From contig JANRKO010000006.1 in the NCBI GenBank assembly GCA_033763455.1, positions 384,001 through 448,000 of the forward strand: 64,000 nucleotides of DNA. The letters are read 5' to 3'. The DNA comes from Polyangiaceae bacterium. GTDB lineage: Bacteria > Myxococcota_A > Polyangia > Polyangiales > Polyangiaceae. Shown here piece after piece: positions 46,399 to 54,889 of the stretch; within the stretch, counting starts at the first letter, position 1; every line of letters begins with the position of its first letter. The notes under the pieces were generated by a model. It searched no databases. It was not told where the DNA came from and saw only the letters and a list, made by a program, of their open reading frames with translations. Position numbers and translations under genes: made by a program.

Positions 46399-47958
46399 CT
46401 AGAACAGACCTAGCCCCACAAACCCCTCGGGTGCCAGTTGAACGCTGGGCCCCTCGAATGTGTTGCGAGCCCCCACTCCCGCGAACGCTCCGAGGTGTCC
46501 GAAATCCAAGCCCAACATGGCACGGTATTCGACGCCTTGACGTGGGGTTTCGCTTTTTTCTGTCTCAGCTTCGACGAAGTACTGGATGTCTCCCGCTACA
46601 TAGAACGGCTCCTTTCCTACCTCAATACCCATGCCTGAGCTCGCCGTCGCAACGGTCGGCTTCGCCTTGGTAGCAGTATCGGAAACGTTGGCTTCTAACG
46701 GGCTCGCCACGCCGAGAGAGACCAGCGTGTAGAGTGGGCCTCGGCTATTTTTGTATCCAAATGACAAAGATGAGCGGTAGCCGCTGTCGGTGTCTTGGAC
46801 GGTAGCCCACGTTTGTGCTTGATGGCGTCCGTTCTTGACCACGTTCACTAAGCCAATAGGCATGCCGGTGAGGTTGTCGGAGATGTTCACCAACCCAATC
46901 TGTACGCCTTCTACATCGCCACCGATGTTCATCAGGCTAACCTGTGCCCCCTTCACATTTTTGGCGACATTTAGGAGGCCTGCAGCCTCCAAGCCTGTCA
47001 GGTCTTGGTTTACGTTTACGGCTCCGGCGAACAGCGCTCCCGTTGCTTCGGCTCGTTGGAGGTTAAACAACCCCGAATTGACCACCCCCACGATTGGCCC
47101 GCTGCCATAGCTTACGAGCCCCGAACTCACGTAGCCGTGGGTGGGGCCCGCCCATTGCGCGTAGAGCCCAGCGAAGAGTGCTCCTTCGGTGGGGCCATCG
47201 ACTCGCAGCGCTCCAGCCGTTAATCCGACGCCGGATATGCCGTACACTCGGCTGTAGGCAAAGCCAAGTTCGCCGCGAAAACGCTTGGCTTCGGTGTTCG
47301 GCACCAGAGTGATGGGGTGGAAGAAACTCAGATTCCCGAGCTCCAAGGCCGGAAGGGGGAGTGCTGGGGCAGTGTTCTTTCGCGTGAGCTCGCGTGAGGC
47401 CCCCGCTGAGGTGGGCTGCGTTGATTTTTCAGCTGTGCCTTTGTTTGGCGGAGCTTTGACGTCGGAAGGAGCACCGCCTTCGGGGATTGTACTGGCTGCC
47501 GGTGGGTTCGCCGAGGGCGTAAGCTCCGCCAAAAGACCCGCTGTTTGGTCGGAAATTAGATTGCTAACGAGCCAAAACAACACGTCCGCACGTTCACCTG
47601 TTCGTTTCGGTAGCGGGACACTACGTACGAGTTCCGGATCATCATGGAGCTGGTAACGCACCAGGGCTTCATCTTCGCCCTGCCTTTGGATCTGCAGGCG
47701 GCCATCGTACGCCTGACTGTCTGATGTGAATTTGTGACCTAATTCCTGGTGCAGTCGCGATCGGAGCTCGGTTCCGTCCACCGCTATGCGCGGATCGATT
47801 TCCAGGAGTAAGGTGAGCGGTGCGCGGGCGTGATCGACGGATTTCTCCGGTGCTGGCTCGCTGGTTGACGCCCCCGTGGCCGGTGGCACTGCGTTTTCCG
47901 CGTAAGCGGCGGATGAACTCACCAAAAGAGAAACGAGTGGCGGTAAGGATACTTTCAT
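46399..47958 (-). CDS. Surface protein with LA_2272-like Gly-rich beta-helix repeats and a C-terminal beta-barrel
   Basis: Sec signal; repeats G.Q.GL.N (GAQVSLMN, GVQIGLVN, GMPIGLVN); terminal GLGLF. Confidence 0.7.
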   Translation of the reverse strand: MKVSLPPLVSLLVSSSAAYAENAVPPATGASTSEPAPEKSVDHARAPLTLLLEIDPRIAVDGTELRSRLHQELGHKFTSDSQAYDGRLQIQRQGEDEALVRYQLHDDPELVRSVPLPKRTGERADVLFWLVSNLISDQTAGLLAELTPSANPPAASTIPEGGAPSDVKAPPNKGTAEKSTQPTSAGASRELTRKNTAPALPLPALELGNLSFFHPITLVPNTEAKRFRGELGFAYSRVYGISGVGLTAGALRVDGPTEGALFAGLYAQWAGPTHGYVSSGLVSYGSGPIVGVVNSGLFNLQRAEATGALFAGAVNVNQDLTGLEAAGLLNVAKNVKGAQVSLMNIGGDVEGVQIGLVNISDNLTGMPIGLVNVVKNGRHQAQTWATVQDTDSGYRSSLSFGYKNSRGPLYTLVSLGVASPLEANVSDTATKAKPTVATASSGMGIEVGKEPFYVAGDIQYFVEAETEKSETPRQGVEYRAMLGLDFGHLGAFAGVGARNTFEGPSVQLAPEGFVGLGLF

Positions 47959-48725
47959 CGGCGGGCCTCAAAGCGACAGGTGTAACGGATCCAGGTTGCT
48001 ACGGGGTTCCCCTGGTTATCGCGGGGCGCTCCCCAGAGCGAATTCTTGATGGTTTTTGCGCAAGCTTCGGCAAAGTCGGGCAGAGAGGCGGCCACCGGTT
48101 CAACGGCGCGTACCAGGCCATCCGCGTCAACACGTGCACGGAGCGTGGCCTTGCCGTTGAGCCCGAGTTGGCGCGCTGCGATCGGGTAGTTGTGTTCCAG
48201 CGCCGAGCTAAGATCTGGTGGGGTCGGCTTCCTTCCGAGTGCGGAGAGTGCCACCAGAGCTGGCTTTTTGCGTGCAGGCTCTGGGTTCGTTGAAGGCGCC
48301 GCACGGGTGCTTGCGGAAGCGCGAAGGATCGTGGTGCGCGTCGAGCTAATAGCAAAGCCAGGCGAATCTGAAAGGTCACTCAAAACGTCGGCCGCTGTGT
48401 CGGGCTGCAACGTGGAGGCGTCGGTGCTTGGCGGCGGTTCGAGAGGTGGCTCCGAGGGTGCCGCCTGCTGTTGCACGTCGGCACGCTCCCGTGGCTTTTC
48501 CGGTTCAGGCGCAGATACCGGTGGCGGTAACGGCACTTCTTCAGGCTCTGGCAGGTCAACGATACCAACCTCAATCGGCCCCGGAGGCACCACTGGTATC
48601 GGAGGAGAACCAACACTTGCGCTCAGCATCCCCAAATGCAACGCTCCGCTTACTATCACCAATAGGGCATGTACCCAGCCTGATTCCGTGCGCGCACCAA
48701 CCATGGTTAAGTCAGACGGCTTCAT
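47955..48725 (-). CDS. tonB: Energy transducer TonB
   Basis: TM with SGALH (SxxxH), Pro/Glu linker, YPIAARQLGLNGK..VDADG..W.AP...G.PV. Confidence 0.85.
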   Translation of the reverse strand: MKPSDLTMVGARTESGWVHALLVIVSGALHLGMLSASVGSPPIPVVPPGPIEVGIVDLPEPEEVPLPPPVSAPEPEKPRERADVQQQAAPSEPPLEPPPSTDASTLQPDTAADVLSDLSDSPGFAISSTRTTILRASASTRAAPSTNPEPARKKPALVALSALGRKPTPPDLSSALEHNYPIAARQLGLNGKATLRARVDADGLVRAVEPVAASLPDFAEACAKTIKNSLWGAPRDNQGNPVATWIRYTCRFEARR

Positions 48726-49663
48726 GGCGCGCTGGGCTCCAAACATAGCGAGAGTTCCACGAAATCGGCTCCGCCACGCAGATCCCGAACGAACACAAAG
48801 AAGCTTACGGGGGTGTCGTTTTCGACCGTAGCGGGTGCCTCCCACAGTACGGAAATCGCGCGATTGGGCTCGTCCGGAGTTAGGGCCGAATACCTGCGCG
48901 CCAATTTCCCAAGCGTAGAAAAATGGGAAATTAACAGGGATTCTCGGGTTGGTTGCCGCGTGGTGGAGGTGCTCAGCGCTTCGCGTGCGGTGTCGGCGAA
49001 CAAAAGGGTTAGCGTGTGTTGGCCTGAGCCAGCTCGCACCCGTGGCCCAGCTGAAGCGGCGCATTCGGAGGGTGTTTTGGTTAGCAGTGCTGGCCACTCG
49101 GTGTCGTCGAAGTGCACGATCTCTATTTTGGGGTTGTGGTTCGGAGTGACCGGATTGGTGATAACCCGAAGCTCGGCTGGAAGAGGAGCTGAGGTGGTGT
49201 CTCTGCATCCTATGCCTTGTGGGAAATCCAAGAGAGATACGCCTGAGTTTGGGCAGAATGCGCCCCGAATGAGCAGTGTCGAGGGTTGTGCGGTTTGGTT
49301 CGGATGCGGCGGCACTCTGAAGCTTAGTTGAGCCCGCGGTGAAGCTGTCGTGTCATCCGAAGTGAAGCTCGTAAATGGTTCAGTTTCGCACTCACCGGCG
49401 CCAAAGCTGGTAGCTGTGGCCCAACAGACCTCAAAGGCCCAGCCGAATCCTTGGAAGGGGTCGGGGGAGCCGGCGACGAATTCCACGGCCACCGTTTCTA
49501 GAGTGCTAGGCTCAGCACGCGTTTCGTCACCCACCACGTGCACCGTTGCGCCAAGTACTCGCGGCTCATCAAGATCTTGCGCGCGCTTGAGCGGATCATC
49601 ACACGCGTTGAGCAGGCACAAGCCGAGCACTACGGCGCCTGCCAACCTCACTGAATCAGTCAT
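48722..49663 (-). CDS. TBDR-associated lipoprotein
   Basis: Lipobox LNAC; PRVLG near the N-terminus, PNHNP, VRDLRGG near the C-terminus; ATGA-coupled to the receptor. Confidence 0.75.
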   Translation of the reverse strand: MTDSVRLAGAVVLGLCLLNACDDPLKRAQDLDEPRVLGATVHVVGDETRAEPSTLETVAVEFVAGSPDPFQGFGWAFEVCWATATSFGAGECETEPFTSFTSDDTTASPRAQLSFRVPPHPNQTAQPSTLLIRGAFCPNSGVSLLDFPQGIGCRDTTSAPLPAELRVITNPVTPNHNPKIEIVHFDDTEWPALLTKTPSECAASAGPRVRAGSGQHTLTLLFADTAREALSTSTTRQPTRESLLISHFSTLGKLARRYSALTPDEPNRAISVLWEAPATVENDTPVSFFVFVRDLRGGADFVELSLCLEPSAP

Positions 49664-51723
49664 AGTTCTCCTCGCAGACCAAAGTTCGGGAAAATCGGCA
49701 TGCCGCGAGCGGGTTCGCGTTTTTTGTAGTCAAAGCTGTAGGTGTAGCCCTGGGCGTTGGGAGCGTTGTACGCGTTCATGACCTCAAGGAAGGTGCTAAG
49801 CTTGATGGCTCCTAGATCGAACTCCTTGTCCGCTCGAAGATCCAGCTGGTGGAAGGTGGGAGAGCGGTTGGTGTTGATGCCTGCGTAGAGAGGTCGGTAT
49901 TGGTCGATTCTGGCGTCGTAAACGGAGCCTACGATGTCCGTGCTCGGGTTTCCGGAAGTTAATCTAAATCTGGTGCCTAGTGTCCAGCCACGCCCGAGCT
50001 TGTAGGAGCCAACCAAAGAGAGTACGTGAGGTTGATCATTGTCGAAAAGGCGCCAGCTTTCGTTGCGATCTCGGCGCTCGCTGCGGCTCACGGTGTAGGC
50101 TAACGAGCCTCGCAGGCGTTCGGTGAGTTCGCCTTCCGCGCCCAACTCAGCGCCGTAAATACGCCCTGCTCCGTTGTTTTCGAAAACGGGTGGCTCCCCA
50201 CCTGCCGTGCCCACCACACGCTGGTACAAGCGTTTGTAGAACCCAGTGCTCGTGAGCTTCAATCCCCCAAGCCTCCGCTCTATTCCGAGGCTTTGCTGCC
50301 ACGCATGAAACGGCGAGAGGTTTGGATTAGTGAAGTTTTCAAGTGCCTGGTAGTAAATGGGAGGTTGCGAAAAGAGTCCGCTTGCCGCGATAAGGCTGGA
50401 GTCGGGATCTATTTCGTAGCGAGTGCTCAGCCGCGGATTCACCGTCCAGGCTTTGAGGTTGCTGTAGTAGTCGGTGCGCAGCCCCACAGTCTGAGTAAAG
50501 CGCCGTGAGAGCGGCAGCGTAAGTTCAGCGAACCAAGCCGGCGCCACCTGCACAATGGTGTCGGTGATGCTAGCTTCAGCAACCGTGCCAGGGGGTGCTT
50601 GATTCACTGGGTTTCCCTCGTTTTGCGTCGGTGGTGGCCCGTAGTAGCTACCCACCAACCGGAAGCTCTGAACGTCCACACCCGTATCTAGGCGAGCCTT
50701 TCCGCCGAATGCGATTTGATACAAGGCGCGGAGCGAAGCGTCGAAGGTCGAAAAGTGGCTTTGCCAAGGACCGAAAGTCTGCACGCCGAGCTGTTTGCCG
50801 AATGCAACGGATAGCTCCTCATTCACGCTCTCAGAGAGCTTGGCGTGGGAACGCACACTCAAGCGGTGAAACTCCACGAGGCCTTCAAGATCGCCCGAGA
50901 GAACAGGGCTTGCAGCATTGGGTTCATCAAAGCGCAAGTGCAGTGAATCACGGCTGCCATAGGCCATCACTTCGAGCGATCGATCCCGATTGAGCTCGTG
51001 CCGAACCAGGCCTTGGTAGTCGTAATAAACGGGCGCGGCCACCGTCGAGAAGACGTCTTTGGGTACCAAATGGTCGAAGTAGAGTTCCAGGTTGCTGCGC
51101 CGTACCCCCGCGAACATCGACGTCGTGGACGTTACGGGTGTTTCGATGAGTGCGCTCGAATCGAGGAGCGAGAGTTGCAGAGTCGAGTGCAATCTATCCG
51201 TGCGAGGCTTGCGTGTCTTGATGTCGACAATCCCACCGGTAGCTCGGCCGTACTTTACGCTAAAATTTCCGGGATGGACCTCTACCGACTCCAGAAATTG
51301 CGAGTTGAAAAAGCTCGTGGCACCGCCGAGATGAAACAAGAGGGGCACGGGTGCGCCGTCCAAAAAGACTTGGCTTTCATCGCTCGCACTTCCGCGAAAG
51401 AAGGGCGTATCGCCATCCCCCCGCGCAACGCCGGGCAATATCGCGATTGCTCGCACGGCATCACCACCGGTTCCGGCCATTGTTTGTACTTGCTCTTGGC
51501 TGAGGTTGTGGTGTGTGGCGCCAGAGGTGGGTGAAACCACCTGAGCTGTTGCGCCAAACTCTTCTTCAGTTGTGGTTTCAGTGGCTGCATCGGGGAGCGG
51601 TGGCTTCTGGGAGCCATCAGCAGGCGCAACTTCATCGGTTTGGGCTAGGGCCAGGTTAGCGAGTAGCCAGGCCGCAATAGCGAGCAAAAGTGCGATAATT
51701 GCCGGAGGAAATCGATTGGGCAC
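49660..51723 (-). CDS. TonB-dependent receptor (no fused TonB_C or STN domain)
   Basis: Signal peptide, plug GD.VRAI..LPGV..RGS...ES.VFLDG..VP.LFH.GG, FSVKYGRATGG; barrel ending NFGLRGEL. Confidence 0.88.
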   Translation of the reverse strand: MPNRFPPAIIALLLAIAAWLLANLALAQTDEVAPADGSQKPPLPDAATETTTEEEFGATAQVVSPTSGATHHNLSQEQVQTMAGTGGDAVRAIAILPGVARGDGDTPFFRGSASDESQVFLDGAPVPLLFHLGGATSFFNSQFLESVEVHPGNFSVKYGRATGGIVDIKTRKPRTDRLHSTLQLSLLDSSALIETPVTSTTSMFAGVRRSNLELYFDHLVPKDVFSTVAAPVYYDYQGLVRHELNRDRSLEVMAYGSRDSLHLRFDEPNAASPVLSGDLEGLVEFHRLSVRSHAKLSESVNEELSVAFGKQLGVQTFGPWQSHFSTFDASLRALYQIAFGGKARLDTGVDVQSFRLVGSYYGPPPTQNEGNPVNQAPPGTVAEASITDTIVQVAPAWFAELTLPLSRRFTQTVGLRTDYYSNLKAWTVNPRLSTRYEIDPDSSLIAASGLFSQPPIYYQALENFTNPNLSPFHAWQQSLGIERRLGGLKLTSTGFYKRLYQRVVGTAGGEPPVFENNGAGRIYGAELGAEGELTERLRGSLAYTVSRSERRDRNESWRLFDNDQPHVLSLVGSYKLGRGWTLGTRFRLTSGNPSTDIVGSVYDARIDQYRPLYAGINTNRSPTFHQLDLRADKEFDLGAIKLSTFLEVMNAYNAPNAQGYTYSFDYKKREPARGMPIFPNFGLRGEL

Positions 51724-51735
51724 GTGGGTTCCTTT

Positions 51736-51770
51736 GCCCTTCGTTCCCGCTTGGCTAAGAAGGGTTCAAA
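51736..51770 (-). promoter_or_regulatory. Putative ECF promoter upstream of the TBDR operon (TTTGAAC-N13-GCGGGAAC-N2-AGGGC)
   Basis: Matches 46297-46331; AAGGA RBS and GTG 51723 follow. Confidence 0.7.
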
Positions 51771-51789
51771 TATTTTTTTGCCGCAACCT

Positions 51790-51821
51790 ACGGCGGGGGG
51801 CCTTGAGGCACGGCGGGGGGC
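51790..51821. repeat. 12-bp direct repeat ACGGCGGGGGGC x2 with 20-bp period
   Basis: Copies at 51790-51801 and 51810-51821. Confidence 0.7.
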
Positions 51822-51833
51822 GGCTATCTGCCC

Positions 51834-52445
51834 TTAAGAACCTAACGTGCGCCTGTCGTCGATGGCGCGGCCTAGCGTGATCTGATCCGCAAATTCAAGG
51901 TCGCCACCGTGGGGGATGCCGCTTGCGATTCTCGTGAGCTTCACGCCGCGTTTGCCGAGTTCACGCGCCAAGAAAAGTGCTGTGGCTTCCCCGTCCACCG
52001 AGGGTGGCGTAGCGATGATGGCTTCCTCTACGCCTTGTTCAGCGGTGAGGGTGAGAAGCTGCCGCAATGGCAATTCTTCAGGACCAATTCCATCGAGCGG
52101 GGAAAGTAATCGACCGAGCACAAAGTAGCGCCCGCGCATGGCACCACTGCGTTCGATAGCCAAGAGGTCTTGCACGCGTGCAACGATGCAGAGCAGGCGC
52201 GCTTCGCGCCGAGGATCTTGGCAAACTCGGCACAAGGAAGGCCCGGGGTTTGCTCGCTCTGCGATATTGCCGCACCGTTCACAGACACAGATACTTGAGG
52301 AGAGCTCAGTTAGCTCTTTTCCAAGCTGCGCGGCGAGGTCCTGATTTTGGATCAAATACAGAGCGAAGCGCTGAGCAGTCTTCTCACCCACTCCCGGAAA
52401 GCGGCTAAGGAGCTGTATCAACCGTGTGAGCTTGATAGGGAGCAT
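51834..52445 (-). CDS. recR: Recombination mediator RecR
   Basis: PGVGEKTAQR, C4 zinc finger, TOPRIM LSPLDGIGP, GEATA, IP.GGDLEFAD..TL. Confidence 0.96.
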   Translation of the reverse strand: MLPIKLTRLIQLLSRFPGVGEKTAQRFALYLIQNQDLAAQLGKELTELSSSICVCERCGNIAERANPGPSLCRVCQDPRREARLLCIVARVQDLLAIERSGAMRGRYFVLGRLLSPLDGIGPEELPLRQLLTLTAEQGVEEAIIATPPSVDGEATALFLARELGKRGVKLTRIASGIPHGGDLEFADQITLGRAIDDRRTLGS

Positions 52446-52450
52446 GGCAG

Positions 52451-54430
52451 TCAGTGCACCGCGTCCGTTTCGCTGAGCTTAAGATCCTTGATCTTGGCGC
52501 CCAGCACCTCCATCGCTAGCACGACGGCAGGGTGTTTCCGAGCCCGCTCGATGGCTAGCTTGCGCTCCTCCTCTGCCTGCCGGGTTCGGATGCTGAGCAG
52601 CGTCACAAGATCTCGCCCCTCTATGGCCTCCAGCTTGTGCTCAACCTTCGTCGGTGCGCCGAAATGCTCAGAAAACTGGGCGTCCATGAGTGCTTGGTTG
52701 TCGGCGGTGGTCGCGTTCCCACAAAACACACTGCCCGGCTCCCATGCCAAAACCACCGTGGGAGGCGCCAAAGAAAGCGGAACGGCGTGGCCCAGGTACG
52801 CCCCAAGCTCAGGGCGTTTAGCTTCTAGTGCCTCCACCACCGCCGCCCAGTGCTTAAGCTGGGTTGGGTCTTCGAGCAGCCCGCCCTGGCGCACTCTAAC
52901 CGCAGCAGGCGCGCTGCTTTGCGTGGCCTCGACGCGGCGTTCTCCAGGGTACTCCGGAAACGCCAATGGATCGGCCGCCGGGGTAGTGGCGGCACGCGCA
53001 GGAGGCCTGGTGTTGCGTACTTCGGGTGGTGCCGTGGCCCCCGGAGGTTCGAAAGGGGGAGTAACGCTTGCGTGCGTTTCAACCAAAGAAGGGGCCGGTG
53101 GAGGCTCGTCCGCCGAGCTGCTCGACGAGGGGCTTGCGCTTGGTGGGGATTGGCCTTCACGTGGCCGAGGCCTTGGGGCATCACCACGTGGGGCTCCACT
53201 TGCAGGTGGCATTCCGGGTCCGCGTGCTGGAGATGGGGCGCCGGCGCGACTGCTCAATCGCCGTTCTAGCTGCCCCAGGCGCTGAATGAGATCATCAATT
53301 GGTATGAGCGGCGGGCGGCGGGCCAGGCGAACGAGCAGCATTTCAAGAGCTGAGCGCGGGTGTCCACTGTGGGAAACTGCATCAAACCCCTCGGAGAATC
53401 CTTGGTGCAGCCGGATCAGATCATCGGGGTCCGCATCTTTGGCGAGCGCCATGACATCCTTGCGCTCTTCGTCAGCGAGGTCGAGCAAAGCCTCCGGCTC
53501 TCGATGCACCTTTGCAACTACCAGATCCCGCAACAAAGATAAGATGTCACGTGCAACGTGCGCCAGATCGTAACCTTGCATGGCCAAGTCCGAAACAACC
53601 GAAAGGCAGCGAGCTGCGTCAGCTCTCACCAAGGAACCGGCGATATCATGCAACACCTGGTGGCTGGCCACGCCGAGCACCTCAGCCACTCCTGACCCCG
53701 TGAGCTCGGTGCCAGCCCACGCGATTACCTGATCCAATAGGCTCATCGCGTCCCGCATGCTGCCGGCAGCCTCACGCGCGATAATCGCTAAAGACAGCTC
53801 ATCGGCCGAGAGCCCTTCTTGCCCCAAGACATAGCGCAGGCGGTCGGCAATGAGGCGGGTAGGGATAAGCTTAAAATCGAACCGTTGAACGCGGCTCAAT
53901 ATTGTTACAGGTACCTTGCGTACCTCGGTGGTCGCAAAAATGAATTTTACGTGCGGCGGTGGCTCCTCCAGCGTCTTCAGAAAGGCGTTCCAGGCGCTCT
54001 GCGAGAGCATGTGCACCTCGTCGACGATGAAGATCTTGTAGCGGTCGCGCGAAGGGCGATACGGCAGGGAATCCTGGAGCCGCCGAACTTCATCCACGCC
54101 GTTGTAACTGGCGCCGTCTATTTCCTGCACGTCCATGTCTGTGCCGAGAGCTATTTCCTTGCAGGCGGGGCACACCTGACATGGAATCGCGATCGGGCCC
54201 GGATCGGTTCCGGGTGGCACGGTGCCCGGTGGGCGCATGCAATTGAGCGCTTTGGCAAGGATGCGCGCGCTGGTGGTTTTGCCCACGCCGCGTGCCCCTG
54301 TGAACAGGAAGGCGTGGGCCACGCGATTGGCAGCGATGGCGTTGGCCAGCGTCTTGGCGACGTGTTCCTGCCCCACCAAATCCTCGAAACTCGAAGGACG
54401 CCACTTTCGGGCCAAAACGACGTAACTCAT
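52451..54430 (-). CDS. dnaX: DNA polymerase III subunit gamma/tau
   Basis: YVVLARKWRP, GARGVGKTT, DEVHML, LKTLEEPP, SRVQRF, GSMRDA. Confidence 0.97.
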   Translation of the reverse strand: MSYVVLARKWRPSSFEDLVGQEHVAKTLANAIAANRVAHAFLFTGARGVGKTTSARILAKALNCMRPPGTVPPGTDPGPIAIPCQVCPACKEIALGTDMDVQEIDGASYNGVDEVRRLQDSLPYRPSRDRYKIFIVDEVHMLSQSAWNAFLKTLEEPPPHVKFIFATTEVRKVPVTILSRVQRFDFKLIPTRLIADRLRYVLGQEGLSADELSLAIIAREAAGSMRDAMSLLDQVIAWAGTELTGSGVAEVLGVASHQVLHDIAGSLVRADAARCLSVVSDLAMQGYDLAHVARDILSLLRDLVVAKVHREPEALLDLADEERKDVMALAKDADPDDLIRLHQGFSEGFDAVSHSGHPRSALEMLLVRLARRPPLIPIDDLIQRLGQLERRLSSRAGAPSPARGPGMPPASGAPRGDAPRPRPREGQSPPSASPSSSSSADEPPPAPSLVETHASVTPPFEPPGATAPPEVRNTRPPARAATTPAADPLAFPEYPGERRVEATQSSAPAAVRVRQGGLLEDPTQLKHWAAVVEALEAKRPELGAYLGHAVPLSLAPPTVVLAWEPGSVFCGNATTADNQALMDAQFSEHFGAPTKVEHKLEAIEGRDLVTLLSIRTRQAEEERKLAIERARKHPAVVLAMEVLGAKIKDLKLSETDAVH

Positions 54431-54889
54431 GTCAGGTTGGCGTACCAGATCAGCCCCGGGGGCGCGAGTGCAGCCAGGGTTTCGGCCGAAGGAGCGCTGT
54501 TGTGCGAGTGTGGGGCGCGAGTGCCACGGTCCGGGTCAAGCCCGCACTCACGGATGGTTCGCCGAAATGAGAGGTGGGGTCGGGGGCTGATACGGAGCGG
54601 TTCCGCTCCTCAGGTGCGCAGGCTGGTGGGACTGCGCGCGAAGGTCCGTGAAACAATCGTACGTGCGCGGCTTCCTCGTTAGCACTTTTAGGTATCGACT
54701 AGCACAATCGAATCGTTAGCTGGGTTCTGGATCAGATGACCACAGACTGTTGTTGCTGTCGTGAAATCGGCACTGCGTGACGCGATAAGCGGCTGCTGCA
54801 TCAGCGCTTGCGGAGGCGTTGCGCGTTGGGCATAGTCGGCCTCGGGCGCCCGTCTCAGCTGTCGGGGTCGCAGTTGTTTGGAGATTTGG

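Noticed and set aside
48726..49208. N-terminal 161 aa of the 417-aa TonB ORF
   Set aside because: Overlaps the lipoprotein gene; ATGA coupling at 48722-48725 marks the real start.
52451..54430. Programmed -1 frameshift generating the gamma subunit
   Set aside because: No A-AAA-AAG or long A run seen on the coding strand.
54431..54889. SRP RNA (ffs) or tRNA-Ser upstream of dnaX
   Set aside because: No CAGG..GGAAGGAAGCAGC motif and no tRNA T-arm or cloverleaf seen on either strand.
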